64,000 nt of DNA, from positions 1,056,001 to 1,120,000 of the forward strand of contig OZ241875.1 of NCBI GenBank assembly GCA_965203325.1, given 5' to 3'. The stretch's first letter is position 1; each line of letters begins with the position of its first letter. Of the stretch, positions 62,905 through 64,000 are shown one piece after another. Under the pieces are notes generated by a model. It did not search any database and was not told the origin of the DNA. It worked only from the letters and a program-made list of their open reading frames with translations. A program made the position numbers and the translations under genes. Source of the stretch: a bacterium. Its GTDB lineage: Bacteria; UBA8248.

Positions 62905-64000
62905 GCTGTTCCCGGGCCGGTGCGGCCAGATCGGGCCTTCGGTCGGCCCACGGTCTGGCGGCCTCGAACGCGGCGGCGGCGCGGAAGATGTCTTCCTCGT
63001 GCAGGATCTTCGAAACCATCTGCATGCCCACGGGCAGGCCGTCCCGGGTCCATCCCGCCGGCACCGAGGCGGCCGGCTGGCCCGTCAGGTTGAACGGATA
63101 GGTGTAGTAGACCCAGGATACGATGTTGCGGCCGGGCAGCTCAGGCGGCGCGTTGCAGTTCACGTCGAAAGCCGGGACGGGAAGCGTCGGCGTCAGGAGC
63201 AGATCGTAGTCCTCGAAGAAGAGGCGCATCTTCTCGCGGAAGTCGTAGCGCCGGAAAACCTTCCCGTAATACTCGTCCAGTTCCTGATCGAGGGCGCCGG
63301 CGAGCACGTCGGCAACCGCCGGGTCGAGCAGGTCCGGCTTGTCGGCGAGCACATCCTTGAGCCGGGTTCCGACGCCGGCGTAGAACTCGGCCATCCAAAT
63401 GGGGAGCGGGTCCTCTTCCATGACCTGTTCGACCAGGTCCACGGTGCAGCCGAGATCCTCGAACACCCTGACGGCCTCCTCGACGATCCGGACCACCTCG
63501 CCGGTCGGCTGCGCGTAGCCAAGCGTCGGGCTCCAGGCCAGGCGCATGCCCTCGACCGGACGCTCGCAGGCGGCCAGGAAGTCGGGCACGGGCTGCGCGA
63601 CGCCGAAGGGATCCCGGCGGTCGTGCCCGGCGACGGCGTTCAGCAGGAGCGCCCCGTCGCGCACGGTGCGGGTGAGCGGGCCGACATGGGCGAGCGTCGG
63701 CGTGGCGGCCGCCGGGAAGACCCCGACGCGCGCGAACTGCGCCTTGATGCCGAAAAGGCCGCTGAGCGAACTCGGGATGCGGACGGACCCGCCGCCGTCA
63801 GTTCCGAGCGCGAACGGTGTGACCCCGGCGGCAACGCTGGTCGCGGCGCCGCAGCTCGATCCGCCCGGCGTCTTGGCGAGATTCCAGGCGTTCGGCGTCA
63901 CCCCGGTCAGCGGGCTGTCGCCGACCGCCTTGCAGCCGAACTCGCTGGTCGTCGACTTGCCGACGATGCAGCCGCCCTGCCGCCGCACCCGGTCCACCGA
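62897..64000 (-). CDS. Amidase-signature family enzyme, 5' part outside window
   Basis: GKSTTSEFG, TPGGSSCG, GTDGGGSVRIP, PFNLTGQPA, GLPVGMQ. Confidence 0.92.
   Translation of the reverse strand, partial: SVDRVRRQGGCIVGKSTTSEFGCKAVGDSPLTGVTPNAWNLAKTPGGSSCGAATSVAAGVTPFALGTDGGGSVRIPSSLSGLFGIKAQFARVGVFPAAATPTLAHVGPLTRTVRDGALLLNAVAGHDRRDPFGVAQPVPDFLAACERPVEGMRLAWSPTLGYAQPTGEVVRIVEEAVRVFEDLGCTVDLVEQVMEEDPLPIWMAEFYAGVGTRLKDVLADKPDLLDPAVADVLAGALDQELDEYYGKVFRRYDFREKMRLFFEDYDLLLTPTLPVPAFDVNCNAPPELPGRNIVSWVYYTYPFNLTGQPAASVPAGWTRDGLPVGMQMVSKILHEEDIFRAAAAFEAARPWADRRPDLAAPAREQLN

Overview
Chromosomal window from a GC-rich diderm (LPS-producing) bacterium. The gene order (lolE-lolD-clpC-bamA, lpxI, smc-ftsY) suggests a Nitrospinota/Tectomicrobia/deltaproteobacteria-like lineage; this is inference only. 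About 50 kb is housekeeping: heptose/lipid A/LPS transport genes, bamA, clpC, lol, lysS, frameshifted prfB, lnt, uvrBC, PBP1A, an apparently inserted single-chain pyruvate carboxylase, ftsY, smc, rnc, a fab/plsX cluster lacking fabG, ppx, a gamma-carbonic-anhydrase-like gene and an M23 peptidase. The most unusual region is 50.8-57.7 kb. It is a compact, apparently intact 8-gene cassette resembling a non-contractile phage tail tip: Dit-like, hub/baseplate-like, fibre, chaperone, two membrane proteins and tape measure. It has no recognisable head, terminase, tail tube, endolysin or integrase. The tape measure gene comes last, and 19-bp direct repeats flank the cassette; joining them would restore the canonical TMP->Dit order. 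Those repeats belong to a dispersed 10-bp-periodic CCCGCATTT motif family. From 57.8 kb to the end is an eroding accessory zone: IS256 stub, FN3-porin chimera, multiply deleted kinase/regulator, class V aminotransferase, MITE/REP-like stub fused to a dctM tail, and an amidase. No rRNA, tRNA or CRISPR array was recognised. All family assignments come from motif recognition by eye, not database searches.
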